From Promethearchaeota archaeon (GTDB lineage: Archaea; Asgardarchaeota; Lokiarchaeia; Sigyniarchaeales; SOKP01), in contig JAGXNP010000002.1 of assembly GCA_019894885.1 (NCBI GenBank), positions 1-59,554 on the forward strand: a DNA stretch of 59,554 nt. The letters are read 5' to 3'. The notes under the pieces are model-generated. The model worked only from the letters and a program-made list of their open reading frames with translations. It made no database searches and was not told the DNA's origin. Numbering within the stretch: the first letter of the stretch is position 1; each line of letters opens with the position of its first letter. Shown here piece by piece: positions 17,473 to 26,911 of this stretch. Position numbers and translations under genes: made by a program.

Positions 17473-18169
17473 ATGTTTTTAATCCTAAATACATCCAGAT
17501 TGCAAAAGTCATCATTACTACTCTTACAAAACCAATAGCAACAGGTAAAGTGAGTATTGAATCTAAAGCTCCACAGACAACAAAAATTATAAATCCTAAC
17601 GCTAAATAAATAAATTTCTTTCTCAATTCTCCAGTTGCCTGCTTGGCTTTTATTAAAAACCCAAAACCTAGAAAAATTAGAGCTGAAAGGAGAAATAAAG
17701 CAACTAGTAGAAAGGTTGGATGTGTTCTAACAAAACTAGCGTCAATTAAGCCCTCACCGGGATTAATAAGTGTCCATGTGAAGGAATCGTTTGTATAGAA
17801 CCATAGAAAGTATTCAAATATAATACCTAATATAATAAATGTTCCAACTAAGATCCATTTTTTTTTAGGTATTAAAAGTTCACCACCAAGATACATTGAA
17901 ACAATTAATACCGGAGCTACCCACATATAACTTAACAACGAATAAAAGTAGATTGGTGTTATGTTGGTTCCTGTAAATGTTACTAAAATTAAATCTATAA
18001 ATGGACCAAGCCATAGAAAGCCAGTAAAAAGCATAGTCAATGCAGCGAATGTTAAGAGTTTTGCTTTTAATTTTATTGATTTATATAGAGATAACAATGC
18101 AAAAATTGTAGCTGATAAAATAATACCTGTAGCAGTTAAGCCATCTAATAATCCTAATGCGTCAACCAT
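17471..18169 (-). CDS. Integral membrane protein (about 7 TM), unknown function
   Basis: 232-aa ORF composed almost entirely of hydrophobic helices. No motif recognised. Confidence 0.55.
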   Translation of the reverse strand: MVDALGLLDGLTATGIILSATIFALLSLYKSIKLKAKLLTFAALTMLFTGFLWLGPFIDLILVTFTGTNITPIYFYSLLSYMWVAPVLIVSMYLGGELLIPKKKWILVGTFIILGIIFEYFLWFYTNDSFTWTLINPGEGLIDASFVRTHPTFLLVALFLLSALIFLGFGFLIKAKQATGELRKKFIYLALGFIIFVVCGALDSILTLPVAIGFVRVVMMTFAIWMYLGLKT

Positions 18170-18423
18170 ATCAATATCCCATTTTTTTTTTTTAGTGTAG
18201 TTTTATTTAAAATTTATATATTATATTGTCGATTTTGTATATATAATTACTTCATGATTAAAATTTAACTTCTTATCTTAATAGAGTATTAATAACCTAA
18301 TTTTGTTTAAAAAACCCTTTATTAAAAAAAAAAGATATTTTATAAAGCAAATTGACATAAGATTATATTAGAATTTATTACTAAAAATTCGATGGCTATT
18401 ATTATAATTTTAAAGGTTATATT

Positions 18424-21006
18424 ATGAAAAATCTTGTAAAGAAAGCTGTAATAAAATTATCTATTTTTGTACCACTCGCAATTATCGTTATGACTATCTT
18501 TTCACTGCCATTAATGGGGATACCCCCGTTAGGTAACCTCTTATTTCCCGGTAACGGGGTATGGAAAGTTCCGGGAGAGCTTCCGGTGGCAGAAAGGTTA
18601 AATGTACATGGACTAAGAGGGGAAGTTACTGTTATTCGTGATGATTGGGGTATACCTCATATTTTTGCCGAATACGAAGAAGATCTCTTTTTTGCACAAG
18701 GTTATTGCCACGCTCAAGACAGATTATTCCAAATGGATATGTGGCGTCGTCAAGTGCGAGGAAGAATGTCAGAAATTTTAGGAGAGAGCATGCTAACCAG
18801 TGATAAAATCATGCTTGCGAGGGGTATGGAGGATTCAGCTATAAAAACTGATGAATTATTAAGGGAGATGTATAATAATGGAACACTTGAGTATTTCAGT
18901 TCATTTGAAAGGTATGTTGATGGAATAAATCTCTACATTGAATCCCATAACGATTTCAAACCATTAGAATACCATTTAATGGATTTCAAACCTACCAAAT
19001 GGACGACTGTTGACACGTTATGTTTAGTACAGGAAATGGCAAGACAGATGTCTTGGAATAATCATGATTTAGAAAGATATGTTACTTTACAATCCTTGAA
19101 TCATACATATTATAAGGAACTTTTTGGAGAGCCTTTACCTTATCAAATCCCAATAGTTCCCGATTACGGAGATTATCCAGAAAGCCCTATGAAAGCTGGA
19201 ATTGATTTGAAACCTAATACTGCTTTGAAATCAGAAATTTTAATCTTTCTAGAAAATATTCAAGAAATTGATTCAGAGAAAACCTTAATGGAGAACCAAA
19301 AAGAGCAAATAATTGGGTCAAATAATTGGGTTGTTAACGGCACTTTGAGCAATACAGGAGCCCCAATCCTCTGTAACGACATGCATCTTGCTTGGTTGAT
19401 GCCAGGAGTATGGTATGAGCAACACTTAAATGCTGAAGATACTGGATTTCATGTATATGGTTTCATAATACCTGGGATGCCTGGCGTTGCTGTAGGTCAT
19501 AATGAAAGGGTAGGTTGGGGATTTACAAACACAGGATATGATGTTATAGATTGGTACTATTATAATAAGGATGGACCAAATAACTACATTTACGACGGGG
19601 TATCGACAGCTTATACACAAAAAACATATAACATAAAAGTTAAAGATCAAGAAACAATTAAGTTCGTAGTTAACTATACTGTTCATGGACCTGTATTCAG
19701 TGATTTAATTAATTATGATTTGACATCATCTTTAGGAGACATTGTTTTGGCGCCAAAATGGACTGCTAACGGTTATTTTTTTAATATCCTTGCTGGTAAT
19801 GGGTTTGATCGAGCAAACAATAGAGCAGAATTTGACGAAGGTTCAAAATACTGGACTCTTCTTGCTCAAAATATTGTATACGCAGATGTAGATGGAAATA
19901 TTGCAATTAGACCAACAGGTAAGGTACCGATTAGAGATGATTCTAAAATCCCTCCAGGACATTATGGAAACGGATCACTCCCATACAATGGTTCAAACGG
20001 TGAAGGAGAATGGATTGGATATATCCCCTTTGAAGAATTACCTAATTCTTTTAATCCATCGCAAAAATATTTAGTTTCAGCAAATCAAATTGTCGTAGGA
20101 CCAGAATACAATAAATATTTCTTACAAAATGAATATGCAGATGGGTATAGAGCAAGAAGAATAAATGAACTTCTTATGAAAGCTAGTGATGGGTCTGTAA
20201 GTGTAGAGACTATGAAAAATATTCAAAACGATGTGAACTCAACTGCAGCGAGGGCGTTCATTCTAGAATTAATTGAAGTTATACACAATTATTATAGTCC
20301 TACAATTCCCACGAAAATCAATAATGTTCTCACTGAATTAGAAAGCTGGGGTTTTATAATGGATAAAGAAGAAAGCGCACCAACAATTTATCGTAAATGG
20401 AGAGATTTCTTCCAAGATTTTACATTTGACGACGAATCCACATTATATGGGATAAATATTCGCTCCAGAATTGTTGTATTAGAGTATTTAATGAAAGAAA
20501 ATGAATCTTCTCATTGGTTCAATAATATCTCCACGCCTGAAAATGAAACAAGAGATGATATAATGATTCAAGCATTAAATGCTACTATAGATTGGTTAGA
20601 AGATTTTTATAATTCAGATGATCCAACAACTTGGAGGTGGGGCGATCTTCATCAACTTTACTTCACCTCTCTTACTCAGTTAGATTTCTTAAGTAAAGGT
20701 CCTTATGAAGCCGATGGGGAAGGGTATACCATCAATCCTTCTGGGGTAAATATAGAAAATGGAGTAGGGTACGCAAGAAGCGGAGCGTCTGAGCGACTTA
20801 TTATCGACTTTAGCGACTTAAATAATTCTTTAAGCGTAATTCCATCAGGACAACGAGGACTTTCAAACTCAAAACACTATTCAGATCAACTAGAACAACT
20901 TTTCTTACAAGGTAAATATCATTATCAATATTTCACAAACACATTATACAACTTTCCTACCAGTTCAATTGAATCTAAATTATATTTCTTTCCAACTGGA
21001 GGTTAA
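18424..21006 (+). CDS. Penicillin/cephalosporin (or AHL) acylase family Ntn-hydrolase
   Basis: 860 aa. N-terminal TM/signal anchor. DxWGIPHI, AQDRLFQMD and the autoprocessing site GSNNWVV (beta-chain N-terminal Ser). Confidence 0.85.
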   Translation: MKNLVKKAVIKLSIFVPLAIIVMTIFSLPLMGIPPLGNLLFPGNGVWKVPGELPVAERLNVHGLRGEVTVIRDDWGIPHIFAEYEEDLFFAQGYCHAQDRLFQMDMWRRQVRGRMSEILGESMLTSDKIMLARGMEDSAIKTDELLREMYNNGTLEYFSSFERYVDGINLYIESHNDFKPLEYHLMDFKPTKWTTVDTLCLVQEMARQMSWNNHDLERYVTLQSLNHTYYKELFGEPLPYQIPIVPDYGDYPESPMKAGIDLKPNTALKSEILIFLENIQEIDSEKTLMENQKEQIIGSNNWVVNGTLSNTGAPILCNDMHLAWLMPGVWYEQHLNAEDTGFHVYGFIIPGMPGVAVGHNERVGWGFTNTGYDVIDWYYYNKDGPNNYIYDGVSTAYTQKTYNIKVKDQETIKFVVNYTVHGPVFSDLINYDLTSSLGDIVLAPKWTANGYFFNILAGNGFDRANNRAEFDEGSKYWTLLAQNIVYADVDGNIAIRPTGKVPIRDDSKIPPGHYGNGSLPYNGSNGEGEWIGYIPFEELPNSFNPSQKYLVSANQIVVGPEYNKYFLQNEYADGYRARRINELLMKASDGSVSVETMKNIQNDVNSTAARAFILELIEVIHNYYSPTIPTKINNVLTELESWGFIMDKEESAPTIYRKWRDFFQDFTFDDESTLYGINIRSRIVVLEYLMKENESSHWFNNISTPENETRDDIMIQALNATIDWLEDFYNSDDPTTWRWGDLHQLYFTSLTQLDFLSKGPYEADGEGYTINPSGVNIENGVGYARSGASERLIIDFSDLNNSLSVIPSGQRGLSNSKHYSDQLEQLFLQGKYHYQYFTNTLYNFPTSSIESKLYFFPTGG
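20998..21003 (+). promoter_or_regulatory. Shine-Dalgarno-like GGAGGT, 7 nt upstream of ATG 21011
   Basis: Located in the last codons of the acylase gene. Confidence 0.5.
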
Positions 21007-21010
21007 TGGC

Positions 21011-21415
21011 ATGGAAATTGAAAATAGAAAGTTCTACATAAGTATCGTTATAGTTCTATGCCTAACAATGTTACTAACTCTAATTCCAATATGGCAGTTA
21101 GTGATAATACCGGGGATTATTGCAGGAATGCTTAACAAATCGTTAAAACGTGGGATCTTGAGTGGTCTTAGTGGTGTCACCCTCTCATGGGGAATTTATG
21201 TCATAGTTGGAGTGTATACACGAAATGTTTATTTAACGCTCGATCAATTTGGAGAGTTAATCTTTGGAGGTGGTTCTGGATGGATATTTTTAATTCTCAT
21301 AATACTATTAGCAGCTATATTTGGGGCTGTTGGTGGAGGAATTGGTAATGGTTTGATGGCTGTAATTAAAGTATACCTCGAAAAACATCCTTCTAGGGAT
21401 TTGAAGCCAAAATGA
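21011..21415 (+). CDS. Small membrane protein (3-4 TM), translationally coupled to the acylase
   Basis: I prefer the ATG at 21011 with an SD to the track start at 20969, which lies inside the acylase gene. Hydrophobic, Gly-rich helices. Confidence 0.5.
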   Translation: MEIENRKFYISIVIVLCLTMLLTLIPIWQLVIIPGIIAGMLNKSLKRGILSGLSGVTLSWGIYVIVGVYTRNVYLTLDQFGELIFGGGSGWIFLILIILLAAIFGAVGGGIGNGLMAVIKVYLEKHPSRDLKPK

Positions 21416-21503
21416 GATTAAATTTAGACAAAACCTAATTTAATTACTTATTTTTCTCTAATTTTTAATTTTAGAATACAGAAAATAAAAATTATTGCGT
21501 TTT

Positions 21504-21875
21504 CTAATCTAAAAGTGAAGCAATCCTATTGGAAACGCTCTGGATATTTAGAAAAACCATACCTAAACTAGAATTAGCGCTACAAAGCGTACATAAAATA
21601 GCGTTATCACCTGCTTTAGAGAGAACAATAATTCCATTTAGACCTTCGATAAGGATTCTTTTTAACTCACCCCTATCAAGTTCTTCAACCGCTCGCTCTG
21701 ACACGCTCTGTATAGCTGCTGACATCGCAGAAACTATACCATCATTCACATTACGGCTTAAAACGGAACAAATTGGAAGTCCTTGAACACTAACTATAGC
21801 GGAACCCTCTATATCACTATTTACTGCTGATAATTTTCTTAGTAAATCCGTGAGTTCGCTAATATTCTCAGACAA
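21504..21875 (-). CDS. Roadblock/LC7 (MglB-like) domain protein
   Basis: 123 aa. Typical pattern ...IEGSAIVSVQGLPICS...SAMSAAIQSVSERAVEEL..G.LKRILIEG.NG.IVLSKAG.NAIL. Only a TTG start is available in frame. Confidence 0.75.
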   Translation of the reverse strand: MSENISELTDLLRKLSAVNSDIEGSAIVSVQGLPICSVLSRNVNDGIVSAMSAAIQSVSERAVEELDRGELKRILIEGLNGIIVLSKAGDNAILCTLCSANSSLGMVFLNIQSVSNRIASLLD

Positions 21876-22095
21876 CCATAGATACCTCCTATCTTTTCAG
21901 CGGGAGTTTTAATACCTTCTAAAAATTTTCACTCAAACGTAAATCATCGGAATGAGTGATAAATTAATAACTTATATGATCTATTAAAATTAACTTTATT
22001 TAATTATTAATGTTTACCTAATTTTTTCTATTTTATAATGTATGTGGTACTAAATTAAAAAATATTTTTATCAATTTTAATATTAATATATATCA

Positions 22096-23076
22096 ATGAA
22101 TGAGATGAAGAAATTGAAAAATCAATCTGATCAAAAAACTAGTAAGGAAGAAGCAGAAACTGAAACTGAAGAGAAAAAAATTAAGTTAGAATCTCTTGAT
22201 AAAGCTGGTAAAATTGCTCAAGAAGTAAAAAATTTCATTAGGCCGCAAGTTGAGGTTGGATCGAACGTATTTAATCTTATTAAACGTGCTGAAGCAAAAA
22301 TCATCGAGTTAGGTGGAGAATGGGCTTTTCCCACCAATCTAAGCATAAACAATATAGCAGCTCATTATACATCTCCAATTAAAGACGATGAACTTACTAT
22401 TACTGAAGGTGATATTGTAAAAATTGATTTAGGCGTTCATATTGAAGGATACATTGTTGATACTGCCTTTACAGTAAGTTTTAATGATGAAAAATCCCTT
22501 GATAATATAATTCAAGCAACTGAAATAGCTGTTGAAGCAGCAAAGATGTTAGCTAAACCCAAAGTCAACACTAAGGAATTAGGGAAAAAAATAGAAGACA
22601 TCGTTAAAGGATTCAAATTTAATCCTATAAAAGAACTAGGCGGACATCAAATTGAAAGATGGATTGTACACGGTAAAAAACAGTTGCCTGAATTGGGTAA
22701 CCAAGGTGGGGATATAATGGAAGAAGGGGAAGTTTTTGCTATAGAAGTTTTTGCTTCAACAGGAGAAGGAAGCGTTCATAATACTAATGCTTCCTATATC
22801 TATGAATTAAACCCTTATGCAGGAAGAGTTCCGCTGAGGAGAAAAACATCTAAACAAATTCTAGGACATATTAATAAAAATTACAAAACACTTCCTTTCG
22901 CAGAAAGATGGTTAGCTAAAGATTTTAGAATGGGTGTTGTTTTTGGACTCCAAGAATTAATTCAGCAAGGAAAAATTCAAGTTCATCATGTTCTAGCGGA
23001 ACAAAAGGGAGAATTTGTCGCTCAGAGTGAAGAAACGATATTGATAACTGAAGATGGATTTAAACAGCTAACTTGA
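22096..23076 (+). CDS. map: Methionine aminopeptidase, type 2 (archaeal/eukaryal)
   Basis: 326 aa. AHYTSP, DLGVHIEGYIVDTAFT, GGHQIERWIVHG, FAIEVFASTGEG metal-ligand regions. Has a ~35-aa Lys/Glu-rich N-terminal extension. Confidence 0.9.
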   Translation: MNEMKKLKNQSDQKTSKEEAETETEEKKIKLESLDKAGKIAQEVKNFIRPQVEVGSNVFNLIKRAEAKIIELGGEWAFPTNLSINNIAAHYTSPIKDDELTITEGDIVKIDLGVHIEGYIVDTAFTVSFNDEKSLDNIIQATEIAVEAAKMLAKPKVNTKELGKKIEDIVKGFKFNPIKELGGHQIERWIVHGKKQLPELGNQGGDIMEEGEVFAIEVFASTGEGSVHNTNASYIYELNPYAGRVPLRRKTSKQILGHINKNYKTLPFAERWLAKDFRMGVVFGLQELIQQGKIQVHHVLAEQKGEFVAQSEETILITEDGFKQLT

Positions 23077-23113
23077 AATTGGAGATATAAAACCACCTAA
23101 TCTCAGAGAAATT

Positions 23114-24223
23114 ATGAAAAAACTAAATATCTGCCTTATTTCTTTAACTGTATCTCCAGATAGTGTGGATGGCGAAGCAAAAGTCATCAGAGCACTTTTT
23201 GAGTATTTAAAAAAACAGGGACATAGCGTTAAATTAATCACTGGTAAATGGAATAAAGACTTAGGCACTCCAGACATTATTCAATTCGATTTAATCAGAA
23301 AAAGGTTTCTATGGGTGCTTCATTTTTATATTAAAGTCATTAGATACTTAAGAAGAAATAGATTCGATATTGTGCATGCAAATAGCGCAAAGGCTGCCTT
23401 ACCAGTGTTTTTATCCCATCAGAAAAAATTTATTTGTACAATTCACGATTTTACTCCTTTTGAAACACAACTTACAAAAATTCCATTGGAAAAACTTTTG
23501 ATTAAATTTGTTTCAAGGAGAGCCTCTTCGATATTAACTGTATCTAATTTTGTTAAGCAAGAATTCCAGCATTTTCTTCCCAATATTGACAAGAATAAAA
23601 TTAAAACGATTTACAACGGTATTGATGAAAAATACAAACCATATCCTAATGAAGCTCAAAAGTTAAAGGAAAAACTAAATATTCATGGTCCAGTTTTATT
23701 ATATGTTGGGAGAATAACACAATATAAGGGTGTGAAAAGTATAATCGAAGCTTATAGGCTAGTTAAAAGCGAAAATCCTGATATTAAGTTAGTTATTGGT
23801 GGAAAGCCTGATTTTTTAATGAAAAATGAATACAATAATTGGGTTGCTGATTATAAAGATGTTCGTTTTTTAGGTTTTATCCCCGAAAATGATATTCCAT
23901 TCTATTTTTCTATGGGAGACATTTTTATCACATATTCATCTTCATCTGAAGGATTTGGATTAACCTCTTTGGAAGCAATTTCTTGTGGAACTCCTGTTAT
24001 TTGTTCAGCAATTTCGGTATTTAAAGAAATATTAGAGGACCACGCGCTCTTTGTTCCACCTAGAAATCCCCTTAAATTAGCAGAGAAAATTAATATCCTA
24101 CTGCACGATGATGAACTAAAAAATCAATTAGTTATTAATGCTCAAAAATATATCCAAAAATATAGTTGGAATGCTGTAGGCAAAAGATTAGAAAAGGAAT
24201 ACGAAAAATTTATGAACCTCTAA
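23114..24223 (+). CDS. Glycosyltransferase family 4 (GT-B fold)
   Basis: 369 aa. C-terminal EGFGLTSLEAISCGTPVI (E-x7-E region) typical of GT4. Confidence 0.85.
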   Translation: MKKLNICLISLTVSPDSVDGEAKVIRALFEYLKKQGHSVKLITGKWNKDLGTPDIIQFDLIRKRFLWVLHFYIKVIRYLRRNRFDIVHANSAKAALPVFLSHQKKFICTIHDFTPFETQLTKIPLEKLLIKFVSRRASSILTVSNFVKQEFQHFLPNIDKNKIKTIYNGIDEKYKPYPNEAQKLKEKLNIHGPVLLYVGRITQYKGVKSIIEAYRLVKSENPDIKLVIGGKPDFLMKNEYNNWVADYKDVRFLGFIPENDIPFYFSMGDIFITYSSSSEGFGLTSLEAISCGTPVICSAISVFKEILEDHALFVPPRNPLKLAEKINILLHDDELKNQLVINAQKYIQKYSWNAVGKRLEKEYEKFMNL

Positions 24224-25329
24224 GAGCCCTCCAAGAGGTTCTTCTTAACAGTTTTATAACAGATATCATTTGGATTCTCAAAATTCAATATTTTTTCTCG
24301 AAAGTTATTGTTAAACCTATCAGATTTCGGTTTAGTTGAGAGGATTCCCAAAGATTTTTTTACGATTTCGCCAATCCCTTTTATATGTTGTAAAGGGAAG
24401 CCATTGTTTATTAAAAAACGCTCTTGGGGTGCTGTTTCTCCTGGAAAAAATTCTATACTTGGTACATTTAATAGACTTGATTCACGTACTATTGTTCCAC
24501 CGCCACTGATTACTAAACTGCTGTAAAAACACAGATCAACCATATTCGGCATGTATCTTGTTATTTTTACATTGGAATATCTTTTGTAATTCTCCAATTT
24601 CTCGTTAAGAAATAATTCTTGCTTTTTAGTTCTTACAATGATCAGATATTTATGATGTGGAAATTCTTTAAAGATAGGAGGAAAAAACTTGCTAATTAAT
24701 GATTCTTCTGGTTTAAGAATATCAATAAAATAGCTTGCAAATGAGGGTTCACTTCGTATAACTACATACTCTCCCTTCTTTAAATTATATTCATCAAGTA
24801 TGGAAGGATTTGGTTGATACTCCGATAACCAAGCTATCTCGTCTATACCATTAAATCTTATCAATTTATTTGGATTTGCGTGGAGGTCTATGTACAGTTG
24901 CTCGGGAACACAAGTAGGAGTAATTATATTATCTAAATAGGGAAATATTAATTTACATACTGGAACATTACGAGGTTCATCGTTATAACCTATCGAAGGG
25001 ATATTCAAACCATACGAGATTCTTGTACCTTCAACAGATGAAAATGTAATGAAATAATCTGGCTTAAAATTTACTACTTTAGGGTATAATTCCGTCAAAC
25101 GGTTGATATATGATGATAATTTATTTTCTAAAGTAGCGCCCCCATGCTTCCCTACTTTCTCATAAATTACTTCTAAATCGTCTAGAATTTGAAAGGTTGA
25201 GTCATAATCTCTTGCGGTAACAAGGATATCAGCTCCATCATTTCTAAATTTTTCTATAAGAGATTTAAACATTATACTTGTTTTTGGTTCTTCAATATCA
25301 ATCCAAATTTTCTTTCCTGATAAACTCAT
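24220..25329 (-). CDS. DUF354-family protein (GT-B/epimerase-like, glycan biosynthesis context)
   Basis: 369 aa. N-terminal KIWIDIEEPKTSIMFKSLI...GADILVTARDYD matches my memory of DUF354. Converges on the GT4 gene with a 4-nt overlap. Confidence 0.65.
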   Translation of the reverse strand: MSLSGKKIWIDIEEPKTSIMFKSLIEKFRNDGADILVTARDYDSTFQILDDLEVIYEKVGKHGGATLENKLSSYINRLTELYPKVVNFKPDYFITFSSVEGTRISYGLNIPSIGYNDEPRNVPVCKLIFPYLDNIITPTCVPEQLYIDLHANPNKLIRFNGIDEIAWLSEYQPNPSILDEYNLKKGEYVVIRSEPSFASYFIDILKPEESLISKFFPPIFKEFPHHKYLIIVRTKKQELFLNEKLENYKRYSNVKITRYMPNMVDLCFYSSLVISGGGTIVRESSLLNVPSIEFFPGETAPQERFLINNGFPLQHIKGIGEIVKKSLGILSTKPKSDRFNNNFREKILNFENPNDICYKTVKKNLLEGS

Positions 25330-25389
25330 GATTAAATTAATTCTTTCAGTTGTTATTTTAAAATTTGAAAAAGTAGCATATATTGTGAT

Positions 25390-26145
25390 TTAAATCCAAT
25401 CTGCAGGTTTTTTTTTTAATAACTTAGCAGGGTTTCCGACAACTATATCTCTTTCATTAGTATTTTTTGTAACTACAGCGCCTGCTCCAACAATTGTTCC
25501 CCTTTTTAAAGTAATTCCCGGTAAAATAACTGAGTTTGCACCGAGTGATACTTCGTCTTCAATTGTTGGACCAATTAAATCAAAATCCTTCTGCATCATG
25601 TATTTATCATTCGTTAATTTACTGAAAGGACCCATAAATACGTTATTTCCAATTCTACAATATAACGGAATATATACTCCCGTTTGGATACTAACTTTAT
25701 TACCTATTACTACATTACCGTCAATAACCGTGTTAGTACCTATAACTGTATTATGCCCTATTGATGTTTTTTCTCTTATCATAACATTATGTCCTGTTTG
25801 ACAATTGCTCCCAATTAAGACTTCAGAGTAAATTATACTACCTGCCCTTATGGTACAATCTGTTCCAATAGAAACTAATGGACTCTCGTAATCCGTTCCA
25901 TTCCTCTGACTCTTTACAACTTCTAATAATTCCGCTCGTTGGCGGTGCCCAATAATACAATTTTCCCCTATATAAGTCCCCGATTGAATTAAAGCGTTTC
26001 CGTAAATATTAACACCCTTAGAAATATAAACTCCGCTTTCAATTGTAACTCCTTTTCCTATTGTTGAAAATGTATCAATAAATGCATTTTTATGCACGAT
26101 AGCATTCTTATGAATAAAAGAATTATTTGTATCTTCTAGTTTCAC
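25390..26145 (-). CDS. Left-handed beta-helix (hexapeptide-repeat) acyl/acetyltransferase
   Basis: 251 aa of repeated [LIV]-G-x4 hexapeptides (IGKGVTIESGVYISKGVNIYGNALIQSGTYIGENCIIG...). Confidence 0.8.
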   Translation of the reverse strand: MKLEDTNNSFIHKNAIVHKNAFIDTFSTIGKGVTIESGVYISKGVNIYGNALIQSGTYIGENCIIGHRQRAELLEVVKSQRNGTDYESPLVSIGTDCTIRAGSIIYSEVLIGSNCQTGHNVMIREKTSIGHNTVIGTNTVIDGNVVIGNKVSIQTGVYIPLYCRIGNNVFMGPFSKLTNDKYMMQKDFDLIGPTIEDEVSLGANSVILPGITLKRGTIVGAGAVVTKNTNERDIVVGNPAKLLKKKPADWI

Positions 26146-26207
26146 TTCTACGGATTCACTTTCTTTCGATTTTTAGTTAAAATATATTGTAAAAAATATT
26201 AATTTAA

Positions 26208-26501
26208 TCATTTTACACAATTACAAGGAGAGGAATTACACTTTTTACACTTATTGGGGTATTTACTAACTATAGCTTTTTCTATATCAATATCTAAGAC
26301 ATTTGCGATAGAAATTGTCCAAGCTATTATATCTGCTAATTCTTCAGAAATCTTTGTTTTATCTAATTCTTGGGTGTTTAATAAAGTAGCAAGCTCACCA
26401 ATTTCTTCAATAAGCCAGATGTATGTGCTGTTAATCCCTCGATTTAGGTCTTTGTGAAGGTAGAGCTTTTTGAGTAACGCCTGAAATTCTGATATACGCA
26501 T
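26208..26501 (-). CDS. MazG-like nucleotide pyrophosphohydrolase (small, single domain)
   Basis: 97 aa. EEIGELA...EELADIIAW metal-binding EExxE/ExxD pattern. Cys-rich tail CKKCNSSPCNC. Confidence 0.65.
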   Translation of the reverse strand: MRISEFQALLKKLYLHKDLNRGINSTYIWLIEEIGELATLLNTQELDKTKISEELADIIAWTISIANVLDIDIEKAIVSKYPNKCKKCNSSPCNCVK

Positions 26502-26543
26502 GTTTAAATGTAATCATATTCATAAAAAATGTTATAAATAAAG

Positions 26544-26759
26544 TTACGAGGGGGTAAACAACCAATTAAAAATACCTAACCAAGCAAAAATGACTATCAA
26601 TATTAAAGCAACAGCAAAAATTACAGTTGTTATCGGGCTAATTTTAATTCCAATTGAACTATCCTCAAAAAACCTCATTAAACCAGCGCCTCCTAAAGGC
26701 ATTGGTGCGTTTCCGCTTCTCCTTTTTTTGCGTTTTGATTGGCTGCGTTGAGACGACAT
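26544..26759 (-). CDS. Protein translocase subunit Sec61beta (archaeal SecG)
   Basis: 71 aa. Basic N-terminus, conserved GGAGLMRFFED motif, then a single C-terminal TM (tail-anchor layout). Confidence 0.75.
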   Translation of the reverse strand: MSSQRSQSKRKKRRSGNAPMPLGGAGLMRFFEDSSIGIKISPITTVIFAVALILIVIFAWLGIFNWLFTPS

Positions 26760-26911
26760 TTATAATTTTCTCAATTATTTTTATAATATAAATAAATTTA
26801 AAACAACACAAATAATAAGTTTTATCTCGAATCATATAAATAAATTTAATAAATTTTTATTAATGGTATTAATTATTGTTAGTTAATTCGAGTTTACAAA
26901 GGAATTTAATT

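Noticed and set aside
18182-18193. T12 homopolymer just upstream of the 7-TM gene start
   Set aside because: It lies in a divergent promoter region of very AT-rich DNA. It is probably a simple homopolymer with no supporting structure, although such runs are error-prone in sequencing.
20969-21010. Track start (20969) for the small membrane protein, overlapping the acylase C-terminus
   Set aside because: The ATG at 21011 is preceded by GGAGGT at ideal spacing, and the upstream extension lies within the acylase coding sequence.
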